From Verrucomicrobiales bacterium (GTDB taxonomy: Bacteria; Verrucomicrobiota; Verrucomicrobiia; Verrucomicrobiales; Akkermansiaceae), in contig JBBQDJ010000001.1 of NCBI GenBank assembly GCA_038319595.1, positions 1 to 39,357 on the forward strand: 39,357 nucleotides of DNA, written 5' to 3'. Shown here in pieces: positions 26,146 through 34,988 of the stretch; the stretch's first letter is position 1; the number at the start of each line of letters is the position of its first letter. Below the pieces are notes generated by a model. That model made no database searches. It was not told where the DNA came from and was given only the letters and a program-made list of their open reading frames with translations. Both the position numbers and the translations under genes were made by a program.

Positions 26146-26736
26146 ATGGGAGGAAGCATGCCGCAACTTGAATTCCGCTGGACTTCATGGTTCCGCGTTT
26201 TGAAGTCCCAGGAGACTCCGCAAACCAAGCCACCCCGCGAAGACAGCGGTCTAACTGCATGGTGCTGTGAATCCTCCAAAACCCTTGGACTCCATGAGCT
26301 GGCGCGCAAGGTCCGCGTCTCTTGGAACCCCCGCATGCAGACCACCGCGGGCCGTGCGTGGTGGCCGGACCGGGCCATCGAGCTCAATCCCAAGCTCAGG
26401 GACTGCGAGCCGGAGGAACTGTGGCGCACCCTGAAGCACGAACTCGCCCACCTCGTCGCCTACGAACGCTGTGGCCGCCGACGGATCGATCCTCACGGAC
26501 CGGAATGGCAGGCCGCCTGCGTGGACCTCGGGATCGCCGGGGAGCAACCCTATCACACACTGCCTTTCGAGCGTCGCAAAATGAAGCGCAATCACGCCTA
26601 CATCTGCTCCAACTGTTTCGCAGTGATTCATCGCGTGAAGCCAATCAAGCGTGCCGTCGCTTGTTATGACTGTTGCCGGAAATTCAATCAAGGGGTCTAC
26701 CATGACCGCTTCCGTTTGATCAAAAACAAGCCCTGA
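26146..26736 (+). CDS. SprT-family zinc metalloprotease with a C-terminal Zn ribbon
   Basis: WNPRMQTTAGRA, IELNP, TLKHELAH (HExxH), PHGPEW, CSNC...CYDC. Confidence 0.9.
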   Translation: MGGSMPQLEFRWTSWFRVLKSQETPQTKPPREDSGLTAWCCESSKTLGLHELARKVRVSWNPRMQTTAGRAWWPDRAIELNPKLRDCEPEELWRTLKHELAHLVAYERCGRRRIDPHGPEWQAACVDLGIAGEQPYHTLPFERRKMKRNHAYICSNCFAVIHRVKPIKRAVACYDCCRKFNQGVYHDRFRLIKNKP

Positions 26737-26744
26737 GCCCCGCC

Positions 26745-27413
26745 TCAATCCCGATCCGCCACGAACAAGGTGTGCGTGAATCGTTTCGCCTTAGGATAGG
26801 CCTTCGCACTGATGCATTCGACGTGCTTGAACAGGCCTTGCAAGGACTTCGCGAAAGACTTGTCGGGATGCGCCGACCAGAAAATCACCCGCCCGCCTGG
26901 CTGCAGCGCGTTTTTGATCCGAATGATGCCGGGCTTCGCATAAAGCCGCTCATTCACGTTTTGCACGAACGGGTCCGGGCCGTTGTCCACGTCCAGCAGG
27001 ATCGCGTCGTAACGGTCATTTCCGCAGCGGTCGATGAGATCGTAGACGTCACCGATATGGATCCTCACTCGGGGATCGTCTAGCAGTCTGCCATTGATCT
27101 CACCGAGAAATTCGCGATTCCACGCCACCACTTCCGGCAGCAGTTCGGCAACCTCTACAATCGCGTCGGATCCGGTCAGCGCGAGCACCCGCTTCAGCGT
27201 GAAACCGAAACCAAGCCCGCCGATCAGCACCCGCGGCTTCACGGGCAGGCGGGCACAGGACAACTCGGCCATTTGCTCCTCGGAGGAGGACGCTGTGGTG
27301 CTCATCAACTGCAACCCGGCGACCTTGAGAAAATAGTGACCGTCGTGCTCATGGAGCGTGAGTTTCGCCCCGTCGGGTGTATTGCAGGTCGCTAGGGTCC
27401 GGGTGATTTTCAT
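26745..27413 (-). CDS. Spermidine-synthase-like SAM-dependent methyltransferase
   Basis: LMST..SEEQMA, VLIGGLGFGFTL, VAEL.PEVV.WN, YDAILLDVDNGP; start set at ATG 27413 (MKITRTL), downstream of a promoter. Confidence 0.82.
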   Translation of the reverse strand: MKITRTLATCNTPDGAKLTLHEHDGHYFLKVAGLQLMSTTASSSEEQMAELSCARLPVKPRVLIGGLGFGFTLKRVLALTGSDAIVEVAELLPEVVAWNREFLGEINGRLLDDPRVRIHIGDVYDLIDRCGNDRYDAILLDVDNGPDPFVQNVNERLYAKPGIIRIKNALQPGGRVIFWSAHPDKSFAKSLQGLFKHVECISAKAYPKAKRFTHTLFVADRD

Positions 27414-27443
27414 GAAATAACAATGCGCTGCGGACGCGCGCGG

Positions 27444-27472
27444 ATTCTGGAACGATCTTCGCGGCGGAGCAA
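27444..27472 (-). promoter_or_regulatory. Putative promoter of the methyltransferase gene
   Basis: Minus strand TTGCTC, 17 nt, CAGAAT. Confidence 0.4.
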
Positions 27473-27571
27473 ACCATTCGCACGATTCGAGATCCCCTGC
27501 CCGGCCGGAGGGCACACATCACGAACTCAAGTTACTTATTTCAAATGACATTTGCAAAATGATCATGAGAC

Positions 27572-27600
27572 TTGCGTGGCTGGCCGCAAGACCCCAAACT
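27572..27600 (+). promoter_or_regulatory. Putative promoter of the fabF-thioesterase-rsmI operon
   Basis: TTGCGT, 17 nt, CAAACT, 12 nt before ATG 27613. Confidence 0.4.
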
Positions 27601-27612
27601 TCGCTACTAATT

Positions 27613-28860
27613 ATGAGCGAACGACGCGTCGTCATCACCGGTATCGGCTGTATCACCCCACTTGGCAACGATTTGAATACCACTTGGGCTGGGCTCAAGG
27701 AAGGACGCAGCGGGATCAGCACCATTTCCCAAATCGATGTCACCCCTTTCGATTGCAAGATCGCCGGCGAGGTGAAAAATTTCGAGCCAGATGGCTATTT
27801 CGGGGTCCCTAAGGATGCGCGCCGCTCCGACCGCTACGTGCAACTCGCAGTGGCGGCCTCGAAAATGGCGATGGCGGATTCTGGAGTCGATATTTCAAAA
27901 ATCGATCCCCGCCGCTTCGGCGTCATGGTCGGCAGCGGCATCGGCGGCCTGTCCACCTTGGAGCGTGAGCACAGCACTTTTCTGAACAAGGGTCCAAAAC
28001 GGGTTTCCCCCTTCACCATTCCGATGATGATTTCTAACATCGCCAGCGGAATCATTTCGATGGAGTTCGGCCTACTCGGACCCAACATGGTGATCGTCAC
28101 CGCGTGCGCCACCTCGAACCACAACATCGGTGAGGCCTGGCGCATCATCAAGTTCGGCGATGCGGACGCGTTTGTTTGCGGCGGAGCCGAAGCGGCCGTG
28201 CTGCCGATGGGCCTATCAGGATTTGCCAGTATGAAGGCGCTGAGCACCCGCAATGACGAGCCGGAGCGCGCGTCGCGTCCGTTCGACAGAGGCCGTGACG
28301 GTTTTGTCATGGGTGAGGGCGCCGGTGTCGTCGTCATTGAAGAACTCGAACACACCCTCAAGCGCGGGGCGCAAATTTATGCCGAACTCATCGGCTACGG
28401 CGTCAGCGCCGATGCCTATCATCTCAGCGCGCCATCACCGGATGGCAGCGGCCCCGCTTACGCCATCGGCATGGCGCTAAAGCATGGCAAAAAGAATCCC
28501 GAAGAGGTCGACTACCTGAACGCCCACGCCACTTCGACCGGTCTCGGCGATGTTGCGGAAACCAAGGCGATCAAGCTCGCTTTCGGCGACTATGCGAAGA
28601 ACGGCCTGATGGTCAGCTCCACCAAGTCAATGACCGGCCACATGCTCGGCGCGGCCGGTGGGGTGGAGCTTATTGCCAGCGTGATGGCGATCAAGGACGG
28701 CGTCATCCCGCCGACGATCAACGTGGACGATCAGGATCCCGAGTGCGATCTGGACGTCGTTCCCAATGTCGCCCGCGAGGTGCCCGTCAAGGTCGCGCTC
28801 AGTAACAGCTTCGGCTTCGGCGGTCACAACGCGTCCGTCCTGGTCAGCAAGTTCGAGTGA
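27613..28860 (+). CDS. fabF: 3-oxoacyl-ACP synthase II
   Basis: MSERRVVITGIG..TPLG, catalytic TACAT, NAHATST, STKSMTGH, SNSFGFGGHN; start moved from 27559 to 27613. Confidence 0.95.
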   Translation: MSERRVVITGIGCITPLGNDLNTTWAGLKEGRSGISTISQIDVTPFDCKIAGEVKNFEPDGYFGVPKDARRSDRYVQLAVAASKMAMADSGVDISKIDPRRFGVMVGSGIGGLSTLEREHSTFLNKGPKRVSPFTIPMMISNIASGIISMEFGLLGPNMVIVTACATSNHNIGEAWRIIKFGDADAFVCGGAEAAVLPMGLSGFASMKALSTRNDEPERASRPFDRGRDGFVMGEGAGVVVIEELEHTLKRGAQIYAELIGYGVSADAYHLSAPSPDGSGPAYAIGMALKHGKKNPEEVDYLNAHATSTGLGDVAETKAIKLAFGDYAKNGLMVSSTKSMTGHMLGAAGGVELIASVMAIKDGVIPPTINVDDQDPECDLDVVPNVAREVPVKVALSNSFGFGGHNASVLVSKFE

Positions 28861-28868
28861 GGTCGTCC

Positions 28869-29264
28869 ATGGAAAATCCCGTGCATCGGCAGGCAGGTGA
28901 AATCGCATTTGGCGACACCGACGCCAGCGGCTGGATGCACTTCCCTAACATTTTCAAATACGTCGAGGCCGCCGAGCACGCGTTCCTCCGCTCGCGGGGC
29001 ATCCTGGTTTTTGACAGGGCGCAAGGCGGCTGGCCACGGGTGAAAGTTTCCTGCGACTACAAGCGGCCGTTTCGCTGCGGCGATTCCTTTGAAGTTCTGT
29101 TGGAGATTTCACGCATCGGCGCGTCATCGCTCACTTGGAATTTTCAGGTGCTCAATGCCGCCGGAGAAATCGCCGCATTCGGCAGCATGACCAATGTCCG
29201 CGTCGATCATGAAGGAAGGCCGGCGCTGATCTCCGAGGTCGATCGGGCCAAACTGGCGGAATAA
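28869..29264 (+). CDS. Hotdog-fold acyl-CoA thioesterase (YbgC/4HBT family)
   Basis: FGDTDASGWMHFPNIFKYVEAAE, WPRVKVSCDYKRPFRCGD, IGASSL. Confidence 0.87.
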   Translation: MENPVHRQAGEIAFGDTDASGWMHFPNIFKYVEAAEHAFLRSRGILVFDRAQGGWPRVKVSCDYKRPFRCGDSFEVLLEISRIGASSLTWNFQVLNAAGEIAAFGSMTNVRVDHEGRPALISEVDRAKLAE

Positions 29265-29282
29265 ATTCCGCGCTCCCATTCC

Positions 29283-29978
29283 ATGGAAAACTCTCTCGAA
29301 ATCTCCGGTCGCGTCATCCTCGTCCCGACGCCCATCGGCAATCTAGCAGACATCACGCTGCGGGCACTGGAGATCCTGAAAAGCGCTGACCGCATCGCCT
29401 GCGAGGACACCCGGCATTCGGGACAGTTGTTAGCCCACCACGGTATTTCCGGAAAATCACTCGTTTCCCTGCATGAGCACAATGAAGCCCGCCGCGCGCC
29501 GGAACTCATCGCCGCCGCGAGGGCGGGAGAAACCATCGCCGTCATCAGCGACGCGGGGATGCCCGGCATTTCCGATCCTGGCTACCGGCTCGTTCAGGGC
29601 TGTATCGAGTCCGGCACGCCGCTCGAAGTGCTGCCCGGCCCGTCGGCGGTCATCACCGCGCTCATCGGTTCGGGGTTCCCCTGCCATGCTTTCCGGTTCG
29701 GCGGTTTTCTATCCGTGAAATCCGGCAAGCGCCGCAGCGCCCTAACTGCCGCCCTCGATTCTGGTGAAACCGGCATCTTCTTCGAATCTCCGCATCGCAT
29801 CGTCTCGACCCTTGAAATTCTAACGGAAATCAACCCCACCGCCCGCGCCTGTGTTGCCCGTGAGCTGACGAAGAAATTCGAAACCTACCACCGCGGCACC
29901 GCGGCCGAGCTGCTCGCCCATTTCAAATCGCATCCGCCGAAGGGCGAGATCGTGCTGCTGGTTCACGCGGCGGAGTGA
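29283..29978 (+). CDS. rsmI: 16S rRNA C1402 2'-O-methyltransferase
   Basis: LVPTPIGNLADITLRAL, ACEDTRHS, SDAGMPGISDPG, PGPSA, FESPHR, ARELTKKFE, KGEIV. Confidence 0.95.
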   Translation: MENSLEISGRVILVPTPIGNLADITLRALEILKSADRIACEDTRHSGQLLAHHGISGKSLVSLHEHNEARRAPELIAAARAGETIAVISDAGMPGISDPGYRLVQGCIESGTPLEVLPGPSAVITALIGSGFPCHAFRFGGFLSVKSGKRRSALTAALDSGETGIFFESPHRIVSTLEILTEINPTARACVARELTKKFETYHRGTAAELLAHFKSHPPKGEIVLLVHAAE

Positions 29979-29987
29979 TTGAAACCA

Positions 29988-30091
29988 TAAGGAGCCGCGA
30001 CACTCCTGTCGCGGATGCGAAAGGCAAAGAGCGAACGCACTCTTCTTTCGCGTCTCAATGGCTGGGTGGACAGAAATGTCCACCCTCCTTA
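29988..30091. repeat. Three-hairpin REPIN/MITE-like element (AAGGAG family), copy 1
   Basis: TAAGGAG...CTCCTTA termini; arm hairpins CCGCGACA-CTCC-TGTCGCGG and GGGTGGACA-GAAA-TGTCCACCC; middle hairpin GATGCGAAAG/CTTTCGCGTC; lies between convergent stop codons. Confidence 0.8.
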
Positions 30092-30095
30092 CCGC

Positions 30096-30977
30096 TCACG
30101 CCGTCCCGGCGAGGCGGTGGTTGAGAGCGATTGAGCGGCGGAGGGCGCGCATCACATCGATGAGCCCGCGGTGAGATGAAGCGGCGGCGGCGCAGGCCGG
30201 TTGGTGCAGCGCATGGCGGCTGACAAAGCGACCGATTTCTGCGTAGAGCTGGCGCATCTGCGTGTCGAGCAAGGCGCTCTCGGCACGGAGGGTGGACATT
30301 TCCTTGTTCCCGTCACCAATCAGTTGGAAGGCTTCGGACGCGTGGACCCGGCGGGCCAGCCTCTTCTCGTCGAGTTTCGCGTCGACGAGGTCCACCTTGG
30401 CATCACCCTCCTCGATATCGATTCCGATCTGGATGCGCCGCTGCTTGAGGTCGGAGAAACTGGATTTGAGTCCGGCAAGCCGGGTTTTCACCTCATGGAT
30501 CGCCTGTGTTTGAGTCGCGGTATTCGAAGACTCCTTGGTGAGCACCTCAAGTTTCATTTTTAAGCCATCATAGGTACGGCGGACGTTGCGGGCTTCGGCG
30601 ACGATCTCATCCCGCCGCATGGCGAGTTCCTCAAGTTCGGTCAGGAGGTTGACGCGCTCATCCATCATCTCCTGATGGTATTCCGGAACATTGTTGATCA
30701 CCGTGGCACGCTCCACGTGAGTCAGATCGAGCCGCGCTTGGCATTCTTCGAGTTTCGTCCCGACGATCTCCCTTTCCTTGATAAATCTTCGCAGGTTCCA
30801 GTATTCCACCGACAGCTCTTCAATCCCTTCCACTTTCTCCCAGATCGCCGCACCCAACTGCGCTTCCGCCTCGCGCAGAAGATGCATTTCACTCGCCGCA
30901 TCCGCCATCCGATGGTTTTTGCGGAAATAGCCGAATGCCTGGGCGAAACGGGCGACGTAGTAGCGGGATGAAGTCAT
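30096..30977 (-). CDS. Hypothetical coiled-coil protein
   Basis: 293-aa ORF, E/R/L/K-rich with a heptad pattern, starting 21 nt after the acs stop; no recognised motif. Confidence 0.75.
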   Translation of the reverse strand: MTSSRYYVARFAQAFGYFRKNHRMADAASEMHLLREAEAQLGAAIWEKVEGIEELSVEYWNLRRFIKEREIVGTKLEECQARLDLTHVERATVINNVPEYHQEMMDERVNLLTELEELAMRRDEIVAEARNVRRTYDGLKMKLEVLTKESSNTATQTQAIHEVKTRLAGLKSSFSDLKQRRIQIGIDIEEGDAKVDLVDAKLDEKRLARRVHASEAFQLIGDGNKEMSTLRAESALLDTQMRQLYAEIGRFVSRHALHQPACAAAASSHRGLIDVMRALRRSIALNHRLAGTA

Positions 30978-30998
30978 GGGGGGAGGGGGGATTTCGAA

Positions 30999-32951
30999 CT
31001 ATTTTCTGATCTGGCACTGGAGAGCCTCGATTACGGAGAAATCTTCGAGGGTGGTGACATTCCCGGAGATCTTGCCAGTGCAAACGAGTTCTTTCAAGAG
31101 CCGACGCATGATTTTTCCAGATCGCGTCTTGGGTAGTCCCGGTGAGAAAAACAAGTCATCCGGCTTGGCGATCGCACCGATCACCTTGCCAACGTGGCCC
31201 TTCAGCTCGGCACGCAGGGCTTCCGATTCCTGGAAATTCCCCTTCAGCGTCACGAAAGCCGCAACCGCCTGGCCCTTCATGTCGTCCGGGCGGCCGACCA
31301 CCGCAGCTTCCGCAACGGCGGGGTGGGAAACGAGCGCGCTCTCGATTTCCGCCGTGCCGAGACGGTGGCCGGAAACGTTGAGCACGTCGTCAAGCCGGCC
31401 GATGATCCAGAAGTTCCCGTCCTTGTCGCGCCGTGCGCCGTCGCCAGCCGTGTAGATGCCGGGGTAGTCGGACCAGTAGGTTTTTTTGTAGCGCTCCTTG
31501 TCACCGTAGATCGTGCGGATCATCGACGGCCAAGGCTTGCGGATGACAAGCCGACCGTCTTGGCCGGGTTTGCACTCGTTGCCGGCGTCATCGAGGATCG
31601 CGGCGTCGATGCCGAAAAACGGATGGGTCGCGGTGCCGGCCTTGCACGGAGTCGCTCCCGGGATCGGTGAAATCAGGATGGCGCCCGTCTCCGTCTGCCA
31701 CCACGTATCGACGATCGGGCATCTGCCACCGCCGATGTGCTTGTGATACCAGTTCCAAGCTTCGGGGTTGATCGGTTCTCCAACAGAACCTAGCAGGCGC
31801 AGCGAAGAAAGATCGTGAGCCGCAGGGAAATGGTCGCCCGCCTTGATGAAGGCGCGGATCGCAGTCGGTGCGGTGTAGAAGATGGTCACACCGTATTCCT
31901 CGATCATTTTCCAGAAACGTCCGAAGTCCGGCATGTTAGGCGCCCCTTCATACATCACCTGGGTGACACCGTTGGCCAGCGGTCCGTAAACAATGTAGGA
32001 GTGCCCGGTGATCCAGCCGACATCGGCCGTGCACCAGTAAACATCCTCGTCGTTCATGTCGAAAATGTATTTGCAGGTCGAATAGGTGCCCGTTAGATAG
32101 CCGCCAGACGTGTGGAGAATTCCTTTGGGTTTCCCGGTGGAACCGGACGTATAGAGCACGAACAGCGGGTGCTCCGAGTCAAAGGCCTTCGGCACGTGTT
32201 TCGATGAGGCGGTAGCGACTTCCTCGTGCCACCACTTGTCACGGTTCGGTTCCATGGCGATCTCGTTGCCGCAACGGTTGAGCACGATTACACGCTTCAC
32301 GTGCTTGTATTTCACCATCGCCTCATCCACCACCGGCTTCAGCGGGACGACCTTGCCGCGCCGCCAGCCACCGTCGGCGGTGATGATCACCGTCGCACCG
32401 GAATCCTCTAACCGATCCACCAACGCTTCCGAAGCGAACCCGCCGAAGACCACGTTGTGCACGGCCCCGATGCGGGCACAGGCGAGCATGGCGATGGCGG
32501 CTTCCGGCACCATCGGCATGTAAATGAGAACTCGGTCCTTGGCCTTCACGCCGTTTTTCAACAACACGTTGGCAAAGCGGCAGACGTCCTTCTGGAGCTG
32601 GCCATAAGTGATGATGCGTTTGTCACCCGGCTCACCTTCCCAGATGATGGCCGCTTTGTTTTTCCGCGGTCCAGTGGCATGGCGGTCCACGCAGTTTTCA
32701 CAAACGTTGAGCTTGCCACCTTCGAACCATTTCGCGTTCGGCGCTTTCCAGTTCAGCACTTTCGACCATGGCTTCTGCCACGTCAGCTCCTTGGCCTCGC
32801 CCGCCCAGAACTTATCGGGCTTCTCGATGGATTCCTTGTAGAGCTTTTTGTAAGCCGCCATCGATGGGATGCGGGCTTTTGCGGAAAACTCCTTGGACGG
32901 CTTGTGAACGGCGTCCCCGTCGTGGCTGGTGATGGCTTTTTTGGCGCTCAT
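30999..32951 (-). CDS. acs: AMP-forming acetyl-CoA synthetase
   Basis: [73 protein letters not shown]; ATG 32951 gives 650 aa and fits the promoter. Confidence 0.95.
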   Translation of the reverse strand: MSAKKAITSHDGDAVHKPSKEFSAKARIPSMAAYKKLYKESIEKPDKFWAGEAKELTWQKPWSKVLNWKAPNAKWFEGGKLNVCENCVDRHATGPRKNKAAIIWEGEPGDKRIITYGQLQKDVCRFANVLLKNGVKAKDRVLIYMPMVPEAAIAMLACARIGAVHNVVFGGFASEALVDRLEDSGATVIITADGGWRRGKVVPLKPVVDEAMVKYKHVKRVIVLNRCGNEIAMEPNRDKWWHEEVATASSKHVPKAFDSEHPLFVLYTSGSTGKPKGILHTSGGYLTGTYSTCKYIFDMNDEDVYWCTADVGWITGHSYIVYGPLANGVTQVMYEGAPNMPDFGRFWKMIEEYGVTIFYTAPTAIRAFIKAGDHFPAAHDLSSLRLLGSVGEPINPEAWNWYHKHIGGGRCPIVDTWWQTETGAILISPIPGATPCKAGTATHPFFGIDAAILDDAGNECKPGQDGRLVIRKPWPSMIRTIYGDKERYKKTYWSDYPGIYTAGDGARRDKDGNFWIIGRLDDVLNVSGHRLGTAEIESALVSHPAVAEAAVVGRPDDMKGQAVAAFVTLKGNFQESEALRAELKGHVGKVIGAIAKPDDLFFSPGLPKTRSGKIMRRLLKELVCTGKISGNVTTLEDFSVIEALQCQIRK

Positions 32952-32999
32952 GGGTTGGAAAATTTTCATGCGAAAAATCAATTTCCGCAAGGCGCGGAA

Positions 33000-33028
33000 A
33001 CTCTAGGAAGCCAGTCTGCGCTCGGCAA
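33000..33028 (-). promoter_or_regulatory. Putative sigma70 promoter of acs
   Basis: Minus strand TTGCCG (33028-33023), 17 nt, TAGAGT (33005-33000). Confidence 0.55.
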
Positions 33029-33038
33029 GTCCCCAGAA

Positions 33039-33188
33039 CCGCTCAATCCGGTCTTTTTTTCCGTGGCTCGTCTCCATCACCGTAGTGGCGATCACCGGTC
33101 GCCGCGAATGCCCGGTTTCGTTGATTCGCGGCGACCGGTGATCTCCGCCACATTCTCCGCTCAATCCGGTCTTTTTTTCCGTGGCTCG
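33039..33188. repeat. Perfect 32-bp direct repeat (33039-33070 and 33157-33188) enclosing a GTAG-type REP doublet (33082-33151)
   Basis: CCGCTCAATCCGGTCTTTTTTTCCGTGGCTCG occurs twice, 118 bp apart. The arm GTAGTGGCGATCACCGGTCGCCGCGAAT and its inverted partner match 25/28. Confidence 0.9.
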
Positions 33189-33925
33189 GTTGCAGTCTCG
33201 CGTTTCTTTGCAGGCTTCGGATTGCCCAGCAACATCTGGACCTCCATCGCGTTGAGCGCCGCCCAAGCTCCGGGCTCCAAGTCGCCGAGCCACAAGGCGC
33301 CGATGCGCACGCGCAATAATTTCGTCACCTGATAGCCGAGCGTGTCGAACATCACGCGGATCTGCCGTTTCGCGCCGTGATCGAGCACCACCTTGATGCG
33401 GCGTGACGAAAGGCGCTCGATGGATTTCGCCTTCAAGCGGCCTTCAGGCGTGTAAACGCCTTCGAGAAACTGGTCGAGATGGGCGTTCTCGAACGCTTGA
33501 TTCGAAGTGACGAGGTATTCCTTTTCCACCGACTTCGACGGATGCATCAACTGCTGCGACAGGTCGCCATCGTTGGTCAAAATGAGCAGCCCTTCCGAGT
33601 CCATGTCCAGCCGCCCGACGTGATGCAGCGAGTGGAGCGATGCCGGCAGCATCGCGTAAATCGTATCCCGCCCGAGCTCATCTTCGCGGGTGCAGACGAA
33701 CCCGCGCGGCTTGTGAAACGCGATGATCATCGTCTCGCGCGGAGCCACCCGTTTGCCATCCACCTTCACATGATCGCCTGCTGAGATGCGGGTACCCATG
33801 TTGATGCAGGGGGTGCCGTTCACCTCCACGCGACCGGCCTTGATCAGTTCGTCGCAAGCGCGGCGCGAGCCCACAGCGCAGGACGCGAGGTATTTGTTGA
33901 GGCGGGTTCCGTCGTTGGTGGCCAT
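33161..33925 (-). CDS. RsuA/RluB-family rRNA pseudouridine synthase
   Basis: S4 domain RLNKYLA..GSRR..DELIKAGRV.VNG, HKPRG, catalytic VGRLDMDSEGLLILTNDG, KEYLV, RQIRVM, L.RVRIG. Confidence 0.93.
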   Translation of the reverse strand: MATNDGTRLNKYLASCAVGSRRACDELIKAGRVEVNGTPCINMGTRISAGDHVKVDGKRVAPRETMIIAFHKPRGFVCTREDELGRDTIYAMLPASLHSLHHVGRLDMDSEGLLILTNDGDLSQQLMHPSKSVEKEYLVTSNQAFENAHLDQFLEGVYTPEGRLKAKSIERLSSRRIKVVLDHGAKRQIRVMFDTLGYQVTKLLRVRIGALWLGDLEPGAWAALNAMEVQMLLGNPKPAKKRETATEPRKKRPD

Positions 33926-33939
33926 GAGGTTCTCAATGC

Positions 33940-33972
33940 AAAAGGCGCGAAACCCGGTGGGATCCGCGCGCT
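33940..33972 (-). terminator. Possible weak terminator after the small basic protein gene
   Basis: Minus strand GCGCGGATCCC-ACC-GGGTTTCGCGC-CTTTT; imperfect stem, short U tract. Confidence 0.4.
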
Positions 33973-33997
33973 TTGGAAATTCAAACGAGGGGAAGGA

Positions 33998-34153
33998 TCA
34001 ACCTTCGCCCTTGGTCTTCGGCAGTCCGACAGGGGACCGGCCGGCTTTCCACTCGCCACGCTCCTTGAGGAGTTTCACGCGCTCGAAGCGCTTGAGGACG
34101 GAACGTTTGCCGCCGACGGTGGCGCTGGACTTGAGGCTGTTGTGCTTGGACAT
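33998..34153 (-). CDS. PVC-superphylum small basic (signature) protein, 51 aa
   Basis: Below the ORF-track cutoff. Translates as MSKHNSLKSSATVGGKRSVLKRFERVKLLKERGEWKAGRSPVGLPKTKGEG, with the family pattern MSxHxSL..R.VLKR.ER...L...G.W....S..GLPK, and has its own promoter. Confidence 0.9.
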   Translation of the reverse strand: MSKHNSLKSSATVGGKRSVLKRFERVKLLKERGEWKAGRSPVGLPKTKGEG

Positions 34154-34187
34154 CTCGGAATGAGGTTAAAATGGTCGCGGGAGGCGG

Positions 34188-34216
34188 AAGCTAGGGACGA
34201 CTTCCCCGGCTGGCAA
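34188..34216 (-). promoter_or_regulatory. Putative sigma70 promoter of the small basic protein gene
   Basis: Minus strand TTGCCA, 17 nt, TAGCTT, with an A/T-rich UP-like tract upstream. Confidence 0.6.
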
Positions 34217-34252
34217 TCCGAAAAAGGGGAAATTTTTAAAAGTTCCGGCAGC

Positions 34253-34966
34253 TCACTTCGGCCATTTCACGTCCGGGGCTTTGCCGTTCCAAAGCGGATT
34301 CTGTGGATCGAGAATGCCAAAGCCGTTGATCATGATCCTGCCAGACGAATCGATGGTTGTGCTTCTGATTGAGCCAGACACATCCAAGATGACTGCTTTT
34401 CCATCGAATGACTTCATATCGATAGTCTTGGTTCCAGGAATCACCGGACCGAACACAATGGGACACGAGGGATTGTCTTTCGAGGAAAGACCGGAAATGA
34501 AGGCGAAGCCGGTTTCGCCATGTTCGAGCGCGGTGTCGTCCGAACTCCAATTCTCATCAGGTTTTCTGGAGGTGCCCGAGTGGGTGTTGAAAACAGTTTC
34601 CGTAAAAAGCAATTCACTCGCAAGCAACTGGACGAAAATATCGTTTGATGTCCTATCAGAAAGCGTGAGCCGAGTCCCGGTTTTCTGTTTGATCTTCGAC
34701 GCAGTCGTGGCGTCTGGAAATCTCCCATATTCGGATTCGAACTCGTAAAGCGCGAATCCAACTCCGCGCAGACTGCTGACTGCCGACGTTTGATTGGCTT
34801 TGATCCGCTGCCTTTTAACCATCGGAAGGGTGATCCCCACCGAAAAGACGACGATCGCTCCAAGCAAGAGCCACATCCATTGGTTGATCGGTTGCCGCTT
34901 CCGGACTCCATCAAATGGAGGTTGTGTCTCAGATTGATCCTTCATCTCGTGATGTATCGATTCCAT
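34253..34966 (-). CDS. Membrane-anchored pilin/type II secretion pseudopilin-like protein, paralogue A
   Basis: Single TM, then KRQRIKANQTSAVSSLRGVGFALYEFESEYGRFPD (pilin-like helix); no G-FTLxE cleavage motif. Confidence 0.7.
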   Translation of the reverse strand: MESIHHEMKDQSETQPPFDGVRKRQPINQWMWLLLGAIVVFSVGITLPMVKRQRIKANQTSAVSSLRGVGFALYEFESEYGRFPDATTASKIKQKTGTRLTLSDRTSNDIFVQLLASELLFTETVFNTHSGTSRKPDENWSSDDTALEHGETGFAFISGLSSKDNPSCPIVFGPVIPGTKTIDMKSFDGKAVILDVSGSIRSTTIDSSGRIMINGFGILDPQNPLWNGKAPDVKWPK

Positions 34967-34988
34967 TCTAGATTTTTCGTCTTCCCTC

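Noticed and set aside
27542-27554. CAAATG-A-CATTTG palindrome upstream of fabF as an operator
   Set aside because: Short, AT-rich and single; could be chance
21455-29264. fabH, fabF and thioesterase as a secondary-metabolite cluster
   Set aside because: Canonical housekeeping sequences on opposite strands, separated by unrelated genes, with no ACP or tailoring enzymes
29988-30091. Multi-hairpin element as a tRNA or tRNA remnant
   Set aside because: No TTC-RA T-loop, D-loop GG or CCA end; the arms are inverted copies of each other
33039-33188. 32-bp direct repeat as a mini CRISPR array
   Set aside because: Only two copies, an 86-nt spacer, the repeat is a gene's coding end, and there are no cas genes
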